A stretch of 64,000 nucleotides of DNA from Alphaproteobacteria bacterium (GCA_024227565.1 JAAEUE010000333.1:10893-74892); one strand, 5' to 3'. Positions 31,333 through 42,920 are shown, counted from the stretch's first letter. Program-made: numbers and translations. Notes: generated by a model not told the origin, from the sequence alone.

Positions 31333-31355
31333 ATAGGACAGCACTGCTGTCCTAT
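31333..31355. promoter_or_regulatory. Perfect 11-1-11 palindrome upstream of gltB, candidate regulator site
   Basis: ATAGGACAGCA-C-TGCTGTCCTAT, about 260 bp upstream of the gltB ATG. Confidence 0.55.
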
Positions 31356-31425
31356 TCGACGCGCAAACTGCCAGAAAACGCATCTGGGTGCAAGTCGTCC
31401 TAAAGGGGGAGCGGCAATATGCGTT

Positions 31426-32511
31426 TTAGGTTCGTGCTGGTGCCTGATTCAGCGCTTCAGCAACCGCAAAGAACGCAGGCTTGGGCCGGTAGCGATCATC
31501 GAAAAGAGCTGGCCGAGGTGTGCCGCGTTTGCGCTTGAACGGTGCATAGCCGTGCACGATCCAATGTTCTGCGTCGCTGAGCCCCCAGAACCCAAGGCGC
31601 TTGACATTGTCATGCTCCAGAACAGCGCCCAGATAGTCCTTGTAGATCGCGGCAATTAGCTTGTCTCGCTTGGCGATGTTTTCGGGCAGCTCAATGTCGT
31701 TCACATCAAGCTCCGTGATGAAAACCTCAAGTCCCAAATCATTCAGGCCGCAGATGAAGCTTGAAAGTGGGGTCTTGTGCACCGGTTGGGTTGGCGCCAA
31801 GTGCGCTTGCAGGCCGACACCGTCGATGGACATGCCTGCCTTCAAGAGCCGTTCAACGGTTGCCAGTGCGGTGTCGCGCTTGCGCTGGCAGTAGGCTGCA
31901 CCACAGCTCAGACTGTAGTCATTGATCAACAGCTTGGCCTTTGGTGCCGCACGCCGCGCGGTGCGGAACAGGAAGCGGACAAATTCATCGCCATGAACAT
32001 CCAGAACCGGGTTCTTCCGATATCCGGCTTTGCGATCTGAAAAGGGTTCGTTGATCACATCCCAACTGTCGATCAGATCTCCATAGCGCGGCATCACTTG
32101 GCCGGCATAAGACATGTAATCTCGCACGAACGAGCTGTTGCCGGCATCGTTGAGCCAGGCCGGTTGGGTTTGGTGCCAATAGAGTGTGTGGCCGTGGAGA
32201 CGCAGTCCGTTCGCACGGCAGAACGACGCCGTGCCGTCCATACGTTCGAAGGCAAAGTTTATTGTTCGTTTAGGCGCAAGAAAGCCCGGTTTGAGCGCGT
32301 TCTCCGGCGTAACAATATCGCAATGGTGAAGGATCAGCGCTTCAAGGTCGAAATGACCGCCGCCATTATAGGCCGTTGAGACTTTCAACGACTTCTCCGC
32401 CGCCAGTTTTTTCAAGCTGACTTCGGTGCGAAACGGAAGGGGGCGTGCCGGCGGCGCGGCCAAGGCTGCAACCGTCGCCACTGTTCCGGTCAGGAAGTTT
32501 CGGCGGTTCAT
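31426..32511 (-). CDS. GH10 endo-1,4-beta-xylanase-like protein, Tat-exported
   Basis: MNRRNFL Tat signal at ATG 32511, TPENALK, GHTL.WH, WDVINEP (acid/base) and ITELDV (nucleophile). Confidence 0.88.
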   Translation of the reverse strand: MNRRNFLTGTVATVAALAAPPARPLPFRTEVSLKKLAAEKSLKVSTAYNGGGHFDLEALILHHCDIVTPENALKPGFLAPKRTINFAFERMDGTASFCRANGLRLHGHTLYWHQTQPAWLNDAGNSSFVRDYMSYAGQVMPRYGDLIDSWDVINEPFSDRKAGYRKNPVLDVHGDEFVRFLFRTARRAAPKAKLLINDYSLSCGAAYCQRKRDTALATVERLLKAGMSIDGVGLQAHLAPTQPVHKTPLSSFICGLNDLGLEVFITELDVNDIELPENIAKRDKLIAAIYKDYLGAVLEHDNVKRLGFWGLSDAEHWIVHGYAPFKRKRGTPRPALFDDRYRPKPAFFAVAEALNQAPART

Positions 32512-32533
32512 ATCCTTGGCTGGATGTGTTGGA

Positions 32534-33547
32534 TCAGCCTGCCAGGCTGATTTGGGCGCTCGCGGCCACTTTTGTAACGCGCGCTGGTTTCGCAACGGTC
32601 CCGCCCACACTGAGGGCGTGTTCGAAATAGTCGATGGTCTTTTCAAGTCCAGCTTTAAGAGAAACCTTCGGTTCCCATCCCAGATTAACCGTCGCGCGTC
32701 GAATGTCGGGTTTGCGCTGTTTCGGATCGTCTGCCGGCAGCGGGAGGAACACAAGTTTGGAGGAGCTCCCGGTCATCTTGATCACCTGTTCGGCAAGTTC
32801 CAGGATTGTGAATTCACCTGGGTTGCCCAGGTTGATCGGCTCGCAGCCTTGTTCGGGGCCAGAGCGCATCAACCGCATCAGGCCTTCAACCAAATCGTCC
32901 ACATAACAGAACGACCGGGTTTGGTTGCCCTCGCCGTAGATCGTGATGTCTTCACCGTTAAGCGCCTGGACGATGAAGTTGGAGACAACTCTGCCATCGT
33001 TGATCTGCATGCGCGGACCGTAGGTGTTGAAGATCCGAGCGATCTTGGTTTCAAGCGGCCGCTCCTGGCGGAACGAATAGAACAGAGCCTCTGCCGAACG
33101 CTTGCCTTCATCATAGCAGGCGCGTTCGCCATAAGGGTTGACATTGCCCCAATAGTCTTCCGGTTGGGGATGCACGCTTGGATCGCCATAGACTTCACTG
33201 GTGGAGGCCTGGAGAACCTTCGCGTTGCAGGCTGAGGCAACTTCCAACGCATGCAGAGCGCCAAGAAACGAAGTGCGCATCGTGTCAACAGGAGACGCCT
33301 GATAGTGAGCCGGGGAGGCGGGGCAGGCAAGATTATAGATCTCGTCAGCCTGTTCCCAATAGGGTTTGGCAACGTCGTGCCGGCGCATCTGGAAGGAGCC
33401 GCTGTCCAGCAGATGGCTGACGTTGGCCTTGGCGCCCGTGTAATAGTTGTCGAGCCCTTTGACGTTGTGGCCTTCGTTGATAAGCCGTTCGCATAGGTGG
33501 CTTCCAACGAAGCCGGCAGCTCCGGTAACCAGAATTGTTTTAGACAT
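32534..33547 (-). CDS. uxs: UDP-glucuronate decarboxylase (UDP-xylose synthase)
   Basis: [34 protein letters not shown] and [10 protein letters not shown]. Confidence 0.9.
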   Translation of the reverse strand: MSKTILVTGAAGFVGSHLCERLINEGHNVKGLDNYYTGAKANVSHLLDSGSFQMRRHDVAKPYWEQADEIYNLACPASPAHYQASPVDTMRTSFLGALHALEVASACNAKVLQASTSEVYGDPSVHPQPEDYWGNVNPYGERACYDEGKRSAEALFYSFRQERPLETKIARIFNTYGPRMQINDGRVVSNFIVQALNGEDITIYGEGNQTRSFCYVDDLVEGLMRLMRSGPEQGCEPINLGNPGEFTILELAEQVIKMTGSSSKLVFLPLPADDPKQRKPDIRRATVNLGWEPKVSLKAGLEKTIDYFEHALSVGGTVAKPARVTKVAASAQISLAG

Positions 33548-35087
33548 TGCGATACCCATTTCCATCATAGACATGTGGCATGTAGGCAATCTGCCGCGAA
33601 ACCGGCATGGGCCTAGTGTAAGTTGCTTGAACTGGCGCTGGGCTAAACAAATGCATGAGCCAGGCAGTTAAGAGTCCGATCAGCAAACCCACGACCACGG
33701 CTGCGGGCAGCAACACGCGCGGATTTGGATTGGAGGGTTTCGACGACGCATAAGCGACCGAGATAATACGGGTGTTCCCGGTCGGAAGGTCGATCTGTTC
33801 TTTCACCTGTTTGGCGCGGGTGAGGAACGTCTCGTAAACTTGGCGGCTTGAAGACGCTTCTTGCTCCAGCTGCCGTAGCTTGACGCCGTCGGAATTAGAT
33901 TGTGCGGCAGTTTCCTGCAGCTTGGCCAGTTGGCGTTCCATTGCTTTTTGGTTCTGCACTGCAACGTTATAGGCGACCTGGTAACGTTCGGTGACCCGGG
34001 CCAAGTCGCGCTTCAATGCACCCTCCAGGCTGCGCCGCAATTGCACGGCTGCCTGCATCTGCGGGTGTTGAGGTAAATAGCTCACACCCAGATTGGCTTC
34101 GCGCGCCCGTGCATCGGCCAAGCGCACCAACAGTCCGTTTGAGACGCTGGATTCCAGGATCTCTGATTGTACGGCGCCGTTAAGAGGGCGGCTGGCGAGC
34201 CGGCGGGCCTCGTCCAAGTTGGACTTGGCGGTTTCGGTTGCGGCCTGGGCAAGCCCAAGCTGGTTGTTGGTGTCGCGCAACTGTTGCTCAACCACCAAAA
34301 GATTTTGCGCACCAATCAGGCCATTCTTCCGGCGATACTCTTCCACCGCTTCAGAAGCGGCCTGAGAGGTCTCGCGCAGATCGCTCAACCGGCTGTCCAG
34401 CTCGGTCGAAGCTTCACGCGTTGTATTGGCGGAATGGCGGCGGCTCTCTGAAACGTAGATCTGAGCGATGCCGTTGCTGATCCGCGCGGCTTTTTCAGAA
34501 TCGTTGGACCGCATGGCAATCTGCACCACATAGGTGTTGCCCTTGCGTTTCACCTTAAGCCGCTTCAACAGTTTGCGTTTGGCCTTGTCGTAGGGGCTCA
34601 TGGGGCTGCCCGACAAATTGCCAATGAGGATCGATTTGGTCGTGTCCACCACCGCCTTTAGGAAGGCTGATTTGATGCCGCCGATGAATTCGGGATCCTG
34701 GTCCAGGTTTTCCCGGCTGATGATGCGCGCCAAAACCGACTCAGAATGAATGATGGCAACCTGGCTTTCCACCAGGGCGGTGTCGGCGCCGAGGGCAGAA
34801 GACCCCAGGCCGGAAGGGACAACTTCACCCTTGGTGAGTTCCTTCTTCCTTGGGTCGATTAAGATCTCGGCGACGGATGTATAGAGAGGCGTGGCACTGC
34901 GCACATAAAGCACGGACAGAAACAGAGCCAGTACCGTGATGCCGATCACCAGCCAGCGTTGGTTCCACATTGCCTTTGCACAGTCGCGCAGCTCTGAGGT
35001 GAAACTCGGCTGCTGCTGCATCTCCAGGCGCGCAAAGTGCAGGCGCTCAATGGCTTCAAAAAACTGGTTGTCGTTTCGTTGCATCAC
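33540..35087 (-). CDS. Polysaccharide co-polymerase (GumC/Wzz/ExoP-N type) without kinase domain
   Basis: N-terminal TM followed by P.Y.S.A.ILIDPR, coiled-coil core, and PS.P plus C-terminal TM. No Walker A kinase domain. Confidence 0.85.
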   Translation of the reverse strand: MMQRNDNQFFEAIERLHFARLEMQQQPSFTSELRDCAKAMWNQRWLVIGITVLALFLSVLYVRSATPLYTSVAEILIDPRKKELTKGEVVPSGLGSSALGADTALVESQVAIIHSESVLARIISRENLDQDPEFIGGIKSAFLKAVVDTTKSILIGNLSGSPMSPYDKAKRKLLKRLKVKRKGNTYVVQIAMRSNDSEKAARISNGIAQIYVSESRRHSANTTREASTELDSRLSDLRETSQAASEAVEEYRRKNGLIGAQNLLVVEQQLRDTNNQLGLAQAATETAKSNLDEARRLASRPLNGAVQSEILESSVSNGLLVRLADARAREANLGVSYLPQHPQMQAAVQLRRSLEGALKRDLARVTERYQVAYNVAVQNQKAMERQLAKLQETAAQSNSDGVKLRQLEQEASSSRQVYETFLTRAKQVKEQIDLPTGNTRIISVAYASSKPSNPNPRVLLPAAVVVGLLIGLLTAWLMHLFSPAPVQATYTRPMPVSRQIAYMPHVYDGNGYRNV

Positions 35088-35193
35088 GCTCTCCTGGCGA
35101 AGCGTCCCATTTCAAGACAATCTTGAACCGTGTTTCGGGGGTCGGATCGGCCTTCAGGTGAACATCAGCACAAAGCGTGCCGAACACAGCCCT

Positions 35194-36366
35194 TCAGTGG
35201 CGGGGAACTGCCAGGCCGCGAATCCGCTTTAACGCGTTGAACAGCCTGGGATATGATTTCAGCTTGTTCTTGCTGTGCCAAAGCGCCCACAACACCGTGC
35301 CTTTGAAACTGCCAGGCACCATCATCTCGAAGAGGGGGCGCGGTGTGCAGCCCAGCTGGCGCTTGTAGGGCTGGTCACCGCCCGACAAATCAAACCGCCG
35401 CGCTCCGGACTGCGCGAGCCGCCTTACGTTTTCGAAGACGACTTGCATGCCCGGTGAATAGCGCTCGTAGGGGCCCATCTTGAAACTCAAAAGAGTGCCA
35501 ACGAAGTGGCCCTTGTGCTGAATGCCAAGCTGCGCGCCAACTGGTTGGTTGTCGCAGAGCAACAGCGTTGAGGAGGGTTTCAGATCGGCGTGCTGGCCTG
35601 TGCAGATCTCTTCATACAATTGCCGCCATGCAGCAAGCTTCAACCCGTCTGGCCGATTGATGGCGCTGAGGCGCTCTGCGCGCATGCTGAAAATGGTATC
35701 GAGGGTGTCGGCACCAATCTGTTCGTCGTGAACTTCAATTTCGCGGGTGGCGGCCCTCTGCATCTGGTTGATTTTTTGGCGAACAGAACGGCGTGTTTTG
35801 GATTTTACGAGCTTGTCAGGGTCTTCCCCGTCGCAAAGATCCAAACTCCAGGCAAAGTATGGCAACTGTGCAAGGAAGCGCGGGGGCGCAAGCGATGGTG
35901 CCGTGCCGTCGGCAGTCGCTTCCAACTTGCTGATGAAGATCATATCGTGGGGCGGCAGCTTTTGGCGGGCCTGCTTGAAGAAGGTCTCAAGGGCGCTGCC
36001 ATCCCCTGGCAACGCCTTGTTCAAGACGGGTTCATAAAGATCGCTCACACCAAGATCCGGTGAGGAGATGATCGTGCAGCCATACGCTTTGTACCGGCAC
36101 AGCGGCAGGATGATGTCCGGGCGCCCATCGGCGCGGCGCGATCCGGTGAGGATCAGTGGTTCTGCAAGATCGTAACGGGTTGCAGCCTTATACCAGGCAG
36201 AGAGCCAGCCGAACGTTTGAAACGGGCCGGCGTGGCCTTCCAGCGTCAGGCGCAGCCAGCTCTCTTCAAGGGCTGCGGGGTCGGTGAAAATCTCAACCTG
36301 CCAAGCGTTCGCTGTGCCGGCCTGGCTAGTTGCATAGGGCCAATCAACAGAACTGCTCACGCTCAT
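35194..36366 (-). CDS. GNAT acyltransferase, CelD/BcsL-like
   Basis: PFQTFGWL.AW, SD.., YSPG and FDLSGGDQPYK. Confidence 0.8.
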   Translation of the reverse strand: MSVSSSVDWPYATSQAGTANAWQVEIFTDPAALEESWLRLTLEGHAGPFQTFGWLSAWYKAATRYDLAEPLILTGSRRADGRPDIILPLCRYKAYGCTIISSPDLGVSDLYEPVLNKALPGDGSALETFFKQARQKLPPHDMIFISKLEATADGTAPSLAPPRFLAQLPYFAWSLDLCDGEDPDKLVKSKTRRSVRQKINQMQRAATREIEVHDEQIGADTLDTIFSMRAERLSAINRPDGLKLAAWRQLYEEICTGQHADLKPSSTLLLCDNQPVGAQLGIQHKGHFVGTLLSFKMGPYERYSPGMQVVFENVRRLAQSGARRFDLSGGDQPYKRQLGCTPRPLFEMMVPGSFKGTVLWALWHSKNKLKSYPRLFNALKRIRGLAVPRH

Positions 36367-36531
36367 CTTTTACCGCTTCCATCATTTGCTCAAATTATCT
36401 GCGCGTTGCAGCAAGTTCCGGACCAGGTTTTCAAGGGGGCCTCGGCGATCCGGGGAGCGGCATGTTTCTTGCTCATATCTTGGCACAAACAGCCAATGGG
36501 CAGGCCAGGGCAGAATCTAAGGCGAATTTTT

Positions 36532-37773
36532 GTGAAACGGATTATCTCAGCTTCAATCCTCGATCAGATGCTGATCAGTGCGTTGATGTTTACCATCAAT
36601 CTCTTGTTGATTGGTCAGGCCGGCGCTGAGAGTTTTGGCCGGTTTATCGTCGTTTTAGCGGCCTTTTTGCTCAGTTTCGGCGCACAGAATGCGCTCATTC
36701 TTCTTCCCCTCAATGTGCTCATTCCCGGCAAGCCCGAACACATGAAAAGCCGGAATCTGAGGATGCTGGCTACCGTGGACATCGCTGTAATCGGGGTCGC
36801 CACTCTTGTCGTGGCGGCCATCGTTGGCCTGTTGGGATTTGGGATCGGATTGGTCTGTGCCTCGGCCGCTTTGGTGGTTTTTGGGTCAAATCGGGAACTG
36901 ATGCGCACGGTGTTCCTGACGCAAAACCGGGCCAGCCGCTATCTGGCGATGGACGCAACAGTTATAGCGGCAACCCTTTGCGCGCTTCCGGTAACCTGGA
37001 TGCTGATGGCACCAGAGACTGCGTGCATTGTCTCGCTGGCCTTCGGCAATTTGGTCGGCGCGGCAGCCTTCGGCACCAACATTCAGCGCACTCCTGGACG
37101 CCTCAAGGAAATGGTCCGGCGTTATGGGGACTATTGGACCAAATCGCGCTGGGCATTGGCCGGTGCGGCGGTGACGGATGCGCAGATGCGCTTTTACATT
37201 TTTGCAGTCGAAATCCTGCGCGGCAGCGCAACGCTTGGTCTGTTGCAAGCCGGGCGTGTTCTGGTCAATCCAATTGCGATGCTCGCGTTTGCCTGGGCCA
37301 GGGCCATCCGGCCAAACATGGCAGAGCGGCTGAACCGCGGAGACCGCGAGAGCGCCCTGTCCATGATGAAGAGCGGCATGCTGCTCATCATGGGGATTGG
37401 GGTTGTCTATTTGACAGCTCTGAATTTGGCCTGGCCACTGCTGGACGGCTATTTCTTGAAGGGCCGCTACCCAGGGCTCTACAACACCCTTTTGTTGTGG
37501 AGCGTTTTTGCCATTCTCAACGTGCCGGCGATTTGCGTCAGCATCTATCTTCAGGCCGGGCACAAGTATCGGCAACTCACAATTTGCGGCGCATTGTCTG
37601 CAACCGGATCATGTTTGCTTCTTGGTCTTCTTGCCTTCGACGTTCCCAGCCTATGGGCAATTTGCGCGCTTCTGGTCGGCGAACTGATCATGCTCGCAGG
37701 CCTCTTCAAAGTAATGCGGACGGAATTTATCGGAGCCACAGAGCATGACACTCTCCCTCGCCCCGCATTATAG
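36532..37773 (+). CDS. Wzx-like polysaccharide flippase
   Basis: About 12 hydrophobic segments, DQ...S..F start and FG.F motif, in EPS context. Start is GTG 36532 or ATG 36496. Confidence 0.65.
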   Translation: MKRIISASILDQMLISALMFTINLLLIGQAGAESFGRFIVVLAAFLLSFGAQNALILLPLNVLIPGKPEHMKSRNLRMLATVDIAVIGVATLVVAAIVGLLGFGIGLVCASAALVVFGSNRELMRTVFLTQNRASRYLAMDATVIAATLCALPVTWMLMAPETACIVSLAFGNLVGAAAFGTNIQRTPGRLKEMVRRYGDYWTKSRWALAGAAVTDAQMRFYIFAVEILRGSATLGLLQAGRVLVNPIAMLAFAWARAIRPNMAERLNRGDRESALSMMKSGMLLIMGIGVVYLTALNLAWPLLDGYFLKGRYPGLYNTLLLWSVFAILNVPAICVSIYLQAGHKYRQLTICGALSATGSCLLLGLLAFDVPSLWAICALLVGELIMLAGLFKVMRTEFIGATEHDTLPRPAL

Positions 37774-39088
37774 CGGCACAGCCCAAGTGGTGGTTGCGCC
37801 AAGCGGCCCGAGCTATGTTGAACGCATAGCGGCATGGCTGCCGGCCCTGGTGCTGCTCAATCCAATTTTGATGTGGCCCCTGTTCTTTGCGGTGCCATTC
37901 AACAGCGTCTTAGAGATTGGCGTGGCTGATGGAGCAGCTCGCAGCTACCTCATCCACAAGCTTTGGATGCCGCCGTTGTTTTGTGTTGCAGCGTTCCTGG
38001 CTCTGGGCGCGCGCGGCAGAGATCTAAAACTCAATTCACTGCCTGTGGCGAGTTTTATCCTTCTGTTTGCATGGAGCGCCCTTAGCGTGCTGTGGGCTCT
38101 GGTGCCTGTGGTTTCAGCCTCTCGTCTGGCCCTGCAAACGATAATTGCCGCATGCATCTATCTGTCGTTTGCGATTGTGAAGGATCCCAGAAAGATTCTC
38201 GAACCTGTTTTTTGGCTTGTTGTCGTGGCGGTGCTCGCCAATGTGGGCTCGGTTGCTCTGCGGCCCCCGGGGCCCATAGGGCATGAGGGCATCTTTGAGC
38301 ACAAAAACAGCCTTGGCGGGTTTTGCGTGGCGGCCATCTTGTTCGCCATCTACCGGTTGAGCTGGGGCAACACGGTGGGCAAGCTAACGGCCCTGATGAT
38401 CATACCCATCTGCCTGGCTCTCCTGGTGATGAGCCTTTCAAAGACTTCGGCCGGGCTTCTGCCGCTTAGCCTTGTTATCGGTGTGGCCGGGTGTGCCGTG
38501 GCGCGCTGGCTGCGAATTTCTGCAGCAGTGCAATTCGTCGGGGCTCTGGCACTGATGACGGCCGGGCTATATCTTTCTGAAGAATTGCTGCAACTGAATT
38601 TTTGGGATCTGGCTGGCCTAGTGACGGGCGACCCGACCTTTACCGGCCGAACAGACATTTGGGCGTTTACGCTCGACCAGGCCATGCAACGCCCCTTCGG
38701 CGGTTTTGGGTTCAGGTCGTTTTGGCGGATTGGCGCCGACAGTCCAGCGCTTGAGGTCGCCGGCACCTTCACCTCCCGCACAGCGCACGCTCACAATGGC
38801 TACATTGACGTTTTGCTCAATGGTGGGGTGGTTGCAATTGCGCTCTTCCTTCCGGTGTTGATCGGCGGGCTTCACGTTGCGGGAAAAATTGCTGACCGAA
38901 GCTTTCTTGCGGGCACCGCTTGCCTTGGCTTCATGGTGTTTTCCATTCTCTACAATCTTCTGGAAACAACCTGGTTCCTGGGCACCAACGTCGTCTTCAT
39001 ATTCTTCCAGGTCGTCTGGGTGGCGATTATGTACGACCCGGTGAACAGCCCGAGCCGCGAACACGGAGACCTGTCATGGCGCACGTAA
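37745..39088 (+). CDS. Wzy/O-antigen ligase family polymerase (ExoQ-like)
   Basis: GIFEHKNSLG, SKTS, TFTGRT.IW, RPFGG.G and HAHNGY. Confidence 0.85.
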   Translation: MTLSLAPHYSGTAQVVVAPSGPSYVERIAAWLPALVLLNPILMWPLFFAVPFNSVLEIGVADGAARSYLIHKLWMPPLFCVAAFLALGARGRDLKLNSLPVASFILLFAWSALSVLWALVPVVSASRLALQTIIAACIYLSFAIVKDPRKILEPVFWLVVVAVLANVGSVALRPPGPIGHEGIFEHKNSLGGFCVAAILFAIYRLSWGNTVGKLTALMIIPICLALLVMSLSKTSAGLLPLSLVIGVAGCAVARWLRISAAVQFVGALALMTAGLYLSEELLQLNFWDLAGLVTGDPTFTGRTDIWAFTLDQAMQRPFGGFGFRSFWRIGADSPALEVAGTFTSRTAHAHNGYIDVLLNGGVVAIALFLPVLIGGLHVAGKIADRSFLAGTACLGFMVFSILYNLLETTWFLGTNVVFIFFQVVWVAIMYDPVNSPSREHGDLSWRT

Positions 39089-39978
39089 CAGTCGCTATCG
39101 CCAGCTGCGGGCGGAAAAGCCTTGCGGACACCCTGGCTTCGCTCGACAGCCAGATTACGCCGGATGGCTGGCAGATCGATCTGGTGGTGGCTGATGACAG
39201 CTTCGACGGGTCGGCAGCACAGCTCGTTTCCTGTTCAAACCTGAGTTGGCCGGTTCAGGTTATCAACGTTGCAAGCCGTAACGTGGCTGTTGCCCGCAAC
39301 GCCTGTTTGGAAGTTGCCGAGGGCGAGTTCATAGCGTTCATCGATGATGATGAGATTGCTGGCCCGCACTGGATTTCCACGTTTGTGCAAGAGGCAATCA
39401 AGACCAATGCAGACTGCTTGTTTGCCCCGGTTGAACCCCGCTACGCCCCGGGCACACCAGCCTGGATTGTTCATCTGAACCCTCTTTTTCCAGAAGAGGT
39501 TCGAACGGCAACACAAGGAAATGTCATTATTGGCCGCACGGGCAACAGCTTGCTGCGGCGGTCGTTCCTTAAGCGCAACAAATTGCGTTTCGATTCCTCC
39601 TTTGGCGGTGGCGGCGAGGACCTGCATTTCTTCGCCCTGTGCCGCAAATACAATGCCGTAATGGTCACCACCGACGTGGCGGCCGTGCGCGAAACCGTGG
39701 CGCCCCATCGCACGGGTCTGTGCTATGTGCTGCGCGCATGTTTTTCGCGTGGAAAGGGCTATGCCCGGGTCATGGCAATGACCGGACAAGAGGGTTTTGC
39801 CAGCGGAGCTGGAATGGCACTCGCCAGCTTCCTGAAGATGCTGGTTTGCAGCGTCCTGGCCTGTGTGGCGCTGCCTTTGGGGCAGTTCCGCTGGGTGCGG
39901 TTCGCCGGCTCTGCGGCCAGCAATCTTGGAAAGGTTGCGTATCTGGTGCGGGGCGGCGAGGCCGGCGAAGCGCAGTGA
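39076..39978 (+). CDS. GT2 glycosyltransferase (ExoM-like)
   Basis: N...ARN, FIDDDE, TGN.L and GGED. Confidence 0.85.
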   Translation: MAHVTVAIASCGRKSLADTLASLDSQITPDGWQIDLVVADDSFDGSAAQLVSCSNLSWPVQVINVASRNVAVARNACLEVAEGEFIAFIDDDEIAGPHWISTFVQEAIKTNADCLFAPVEPRYAPGTPAWIVHLNPLFPEEVRTATQGNVIIGRTGNSLLRRSFLKRNKLRFDSSFGGGGEDLHFFALCRKYNAVMVTTDVAAVRETVAPHRTGLCYVLRACFSRGKGYARVMAMTGQEGFASGAGMALASFLKMLVCSVLACVALPLGQFRWVRFAGSAASNLGKVAYLVRGGEAGEAQ

Positions 39979-39997
39979 CCGCTCAAGCCGGAGCTTA

Positions 39998-40801
39998 TCA
40001 GCCGTAGTGCATTTTGGCCGGGCGCCGCAAGCTGGTGCCTTTGAATTTCTTCAAGCCCAGCAGCTGCTTTGAGATCTCCCAGCAGAACAACGGGTTGAGC
40101 ACCAGGTAGCGGTGCCAAAGGCGGCTGGGTTCCATGATCAGCCGGTAGAACCATTCAAGGCCCCGGCGCTGCATCCAAGCCGGTGCCTGGCTTAAAAGGC
40201 CCGCATGGAAATCGAAGGCGGCGCCAACGGCCAGAACCGGCAAAGACAGATCCCCGGCGTTTTCATAAGCCCAGACCTCTTGGCGCGGGCAGCCAAGACC
40301 GACAAACACAATGCGTGCGCCTGACTGTTTGATCCGGTCCACAGTTTGCGCGTTCTCATCCACGCTCAACTGGCGGAACTTTGACGCTTCCATGCCGACG
40401 ATCTTCAACTTGGGGAACTGTTCGTTCAACTGCTCGCGCAGTTTGTCCAGAACGGCGGTTTTGCTCCCGTAGAAATAGACCGGAAGACCGCTGGTCTCCG
40501 CATACGAGCAAACGCGCAAGGTCAACTCTGGGCCATAGACCCGGTCCGGCAAGGACACGCCATGGATCAAGCGCAGTGCCCAGCGCACGGGTTGCCCGTC
40601 CGGCACCACCAGGTCCAATGCGTTGAGCCGCTGTGCGTGCTCCTTGTCCAAAACACCGGTCATGACGCCGTGTACCGCCAGCGCGGAAACCGAAAGCGCA
40701 GTCTGCCTGTCCGCCGCTTCAAGGATACGTGCCGATGCAGCATCATAATCCACGGCCGATATTTCAATGTCGGCGACCTTGTGCTTGCCGAGGTCTAACA
40801 T
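39998..40801 (-). CDS. WecB/TagA/CpsF (GT26) glycosyltransferase
   Basis: [27 protein letters not shown] and GLEW.YRL..EP.RLW.RY. Confidence 0.9.
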   Translation of the reverse strand: MLDLGKHKVADIEISAVDYDAASARILEAADRQTALSVSALAVHGVMTGVLDKEHAQRLNALDLVVPDGQPVRWALRLIHGVSLPDRVYGPELTLRVCSYAETSGLPVYFYGSKTAVLDKLREQLNEQFPKLKIVGMEASKFRQLSVDENAQTVDRIKQSGARIVFVGLGCPRQEVWAYENAGDLSLPVLAVGAAFDFHAGLLSQAPAWMQRRGLEWFYRLIMEPSRLWHRYLVLNPLFCWEISKQLLGLKKFKGTSLRRPAKMHYG

Positions 40802-41874
40802 CAGCCTGCGTCCTTCCAACGGCTGATGCCGTTTTCATAGAGGTCGGCGATGATGTCCTCAATGCCGTATTTCAGCTCATAGCCGGGATAGGCTTCCTGA
40901 AAGCGCGAAATGTCGCTGATCCACCAGATGTGATCGCCTGAGCGATTATCGTCTGAATATGTCCAGTCGAGCTGGCGCCCGGCCTGGTTCTCGCACAGTG
41001 TAATTGCCTCAATCATCGAGCAGGACGAATGACGGCTGCCTCCAATGTTGAATACGGCACCTGATTTTGGCGCCTGGCAAAAGCGCCACAGTGCTTCGAC
41101 CAGATCGCTGGAATGAATGTTGTCGCGCACCTGCTTGGCCTTGTAACCGAACACGGTGTAGGGTTGGCCGGTTGCCGTGCACTGCATGAGGTAGGCCAGG
41201 AAGCCGTGCAACTCTGCTCCAGAGTGGCCGGCCCCGGTCAGGCAGCCGCCGCGAAAGCAGCCGGTCTTCATGCCGAAGTAGCGCCCATACTCCTGCACCA
41301 TGAGGTCTGCGGCAGCCTTTGAGGCGCCAAAGATGCTGTGTTTACTGGCATCGATGCTCATGTCCTCATCGATCCCGCGTGCGTGGTAGGCATGACTGTG
41401 GTCGATCTCCCAGCGTGTATCTATCTCAACCAGGGGAAGCGAATTTGGCCGGTCACCATAGACCTTGTTGGTGGACATGAAGGCAAATGCGGCATCGGGC
41501 GCAAACTTGCGCGTTGCTTCCAGCATGTTGAGGGTGCCGGTGGCGTTCACCGAAAAATCGGTAAAGGGCTCCCGCGCGGCCCAGTCATGGCTGGGCTGGG
41601 CGGCGGCGTGAACCACGCTGTGGATTTCACCGCTCAACTCTTCAAACAAGCGCATGATCGCATCTGCGTCCCGAATGTCGATTGAGTGGTGGTGATAGCG
41701 CTTGCAGCATTGTTTAAGGTCTGCGATCCGCCAGCTGGTTGAGGCATTCGCGCCGAAGAAGTATTTGCGCATGTCATTGTCGATGCCATGCACCTCAAGG
41801 CCTTGCGCCGCAAAGTGCAATACGGCCTCGGCGCCGATCAGTCCGCCGGACCCTGTTACGATTACGCAACCCAT
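40801..41874 (-). CDS. NAD-dependent epimerase/dehydratase, CDP-paratose 2-epimerase-like subfamily
   Basis: [33 protein letters not shown] and KQVRDNIH. Confidence 0.8.
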   Translation of the reverse strand: MGCVIVTGSGGLIGAEAVLHFAAQGLEVHGIDNDMRKYFFGANASTSWRIADLKQCCKRYHHHSIDIRDADAIMRLFEELSGEIHSVVHAAAQPSHDWAAREPFTDFSVNATGTLNMLEATRKFAPDAAFAFMSTNKVYGDRPNSLPLVEIDTRWEIDHSHAYHARGIDEDMSIDASKHSIFGASKAAADLMVQEYGRYFGMKTGCFRGGCLTGAGHSGAELHGFLAYLMQCTATGQPYTVFGYKAKQVRDNIHSSDLVEALWRFCQAPKSGAVFNIGGSRHSSCSMIEAITLCENQAGRQLDWTYSDDNRSGDHIWWISDISRFQEAYPGYELKYGIEDIIADLYENGISRWKDAG

Positions 41875-42920
41875 GCTTCGTCTCCCCGTTCAGTGCTGGT
41901 GTTTTGTCCAAGAAGGCGTCCCGCAAGGCCCGGCATCAGGCACATCAGTGCCGCTGCACAGAGCGTGGTGAGGGACTTCAGTGGCTCGCGCCAGAAGGGC
42001 TCGAGCGAATAGTTGATAGACCTGCGCACGTAAGCCAAGGCCATGGGGCCGTTCTTCATCGCAACCGAACGGCGCGCGTAGTAGCGCATCTGGTAGGCAT
42101 TGGCGCGGGCGTGGTGTGTGTTGTAAATCGCCGGTGCGGTTTCCTGCACGTAGGCGTTTATCGCATCCCAGCCTTTATGCATGGCCGGGATGTTGGCGGA
42201 CAGGCCTTCGTCATGAATCCTGTAGCAGGTCAAAAACCGGTCGATGCCTTCAAACTTTAGATCAGAATGGATCGCCATTCTGAGCCAGCATTGATGGTCC
42301 TCGGCAAAGCTCAATCCAGGCGCGGACGCGGTCGTGTCGAAATATTCCCTGAGCCCGTCGCCTGATGCCGGCTCCACAATGTCCTGAAAGATAGACCGTC
42401 TGAAAAACGCAGAAGATCCGCCCGATATGGGGTTTCGGCAGTATACGTCAGCCGCTGTGATGCTGCGCATCTTCGGCCGGAAACTGGTGTTAAGCAGGGC
42501 GCCGGTTTTGTCGATGAATTGGCAACTGCTGTAACTGACGCCCACCTGTGGTTTGGCTTCGAAATGGGCCACGTGAGCGGCAATCTTTTCGCGGTGCCAG
42601 AGGTCGTCAGAATCCAAAAATCCGACGAACTGCCCGCGTGCCAGCGCCATCCCTGCATTGCGGGCATTCGAGACCCCGGCATTCTCCTGCCAGAAATAGC
42701 GGATCCTGGGATCATTGAATGATTTGCAGACGGATGCTGAATGATCGGTCGATCCGTCGTCCACTAAGATCAACTCAAAATCGTCATAGGCTTGCTCGAG
42801 AACCGAATTAATCGTCTCCGCAAGCACATCACCGGCATTATGAACCGGCACAATCACGCTGACTGCGGGCCCATTGGTATGGCGGCCGTTTGGTCGGCCT
42901 GTATCGTTCTGAAACTTCAT
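41862..42920 (-). CDS. GT2 glycosyltransferase
   Basis: VSVIVP..N, VDDGSTD, N.G.S.ARN.G and FLDSDD.W. Start probably ATG 42920. Confidence 0.88.
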   Translation of the reverse strand: MKFQNDTGRPNGRHTNGPAVSVIVPVHNAGDVLAETINSVLEQAYDDFELILVDDGSTDHSASVCKSFNDPRIRYFWQENAGVSNARNAGMALARGQFVGFLDSDDLWHREKIAAHVAHFEAKPQVGVSYSSCQFIDKTGALLNTSFRPKMRSITAADVYCRNPISGGSSAFFRRSIFQDIVEPASGDGLREYFDTTASAPGLSFAEDHQCWLRMAIHSDLKFEGIDRFLTCYRIHDEGLSANIPAMHKGWDAINAYVQETAPAIYNTHHARANAYQMRYYARRSVAMKNGPMALAYVRRSINYSLEPFWREPLKSLTTLCAAALMCLMPGLAGRLLGQNTSTERGDEAWVA

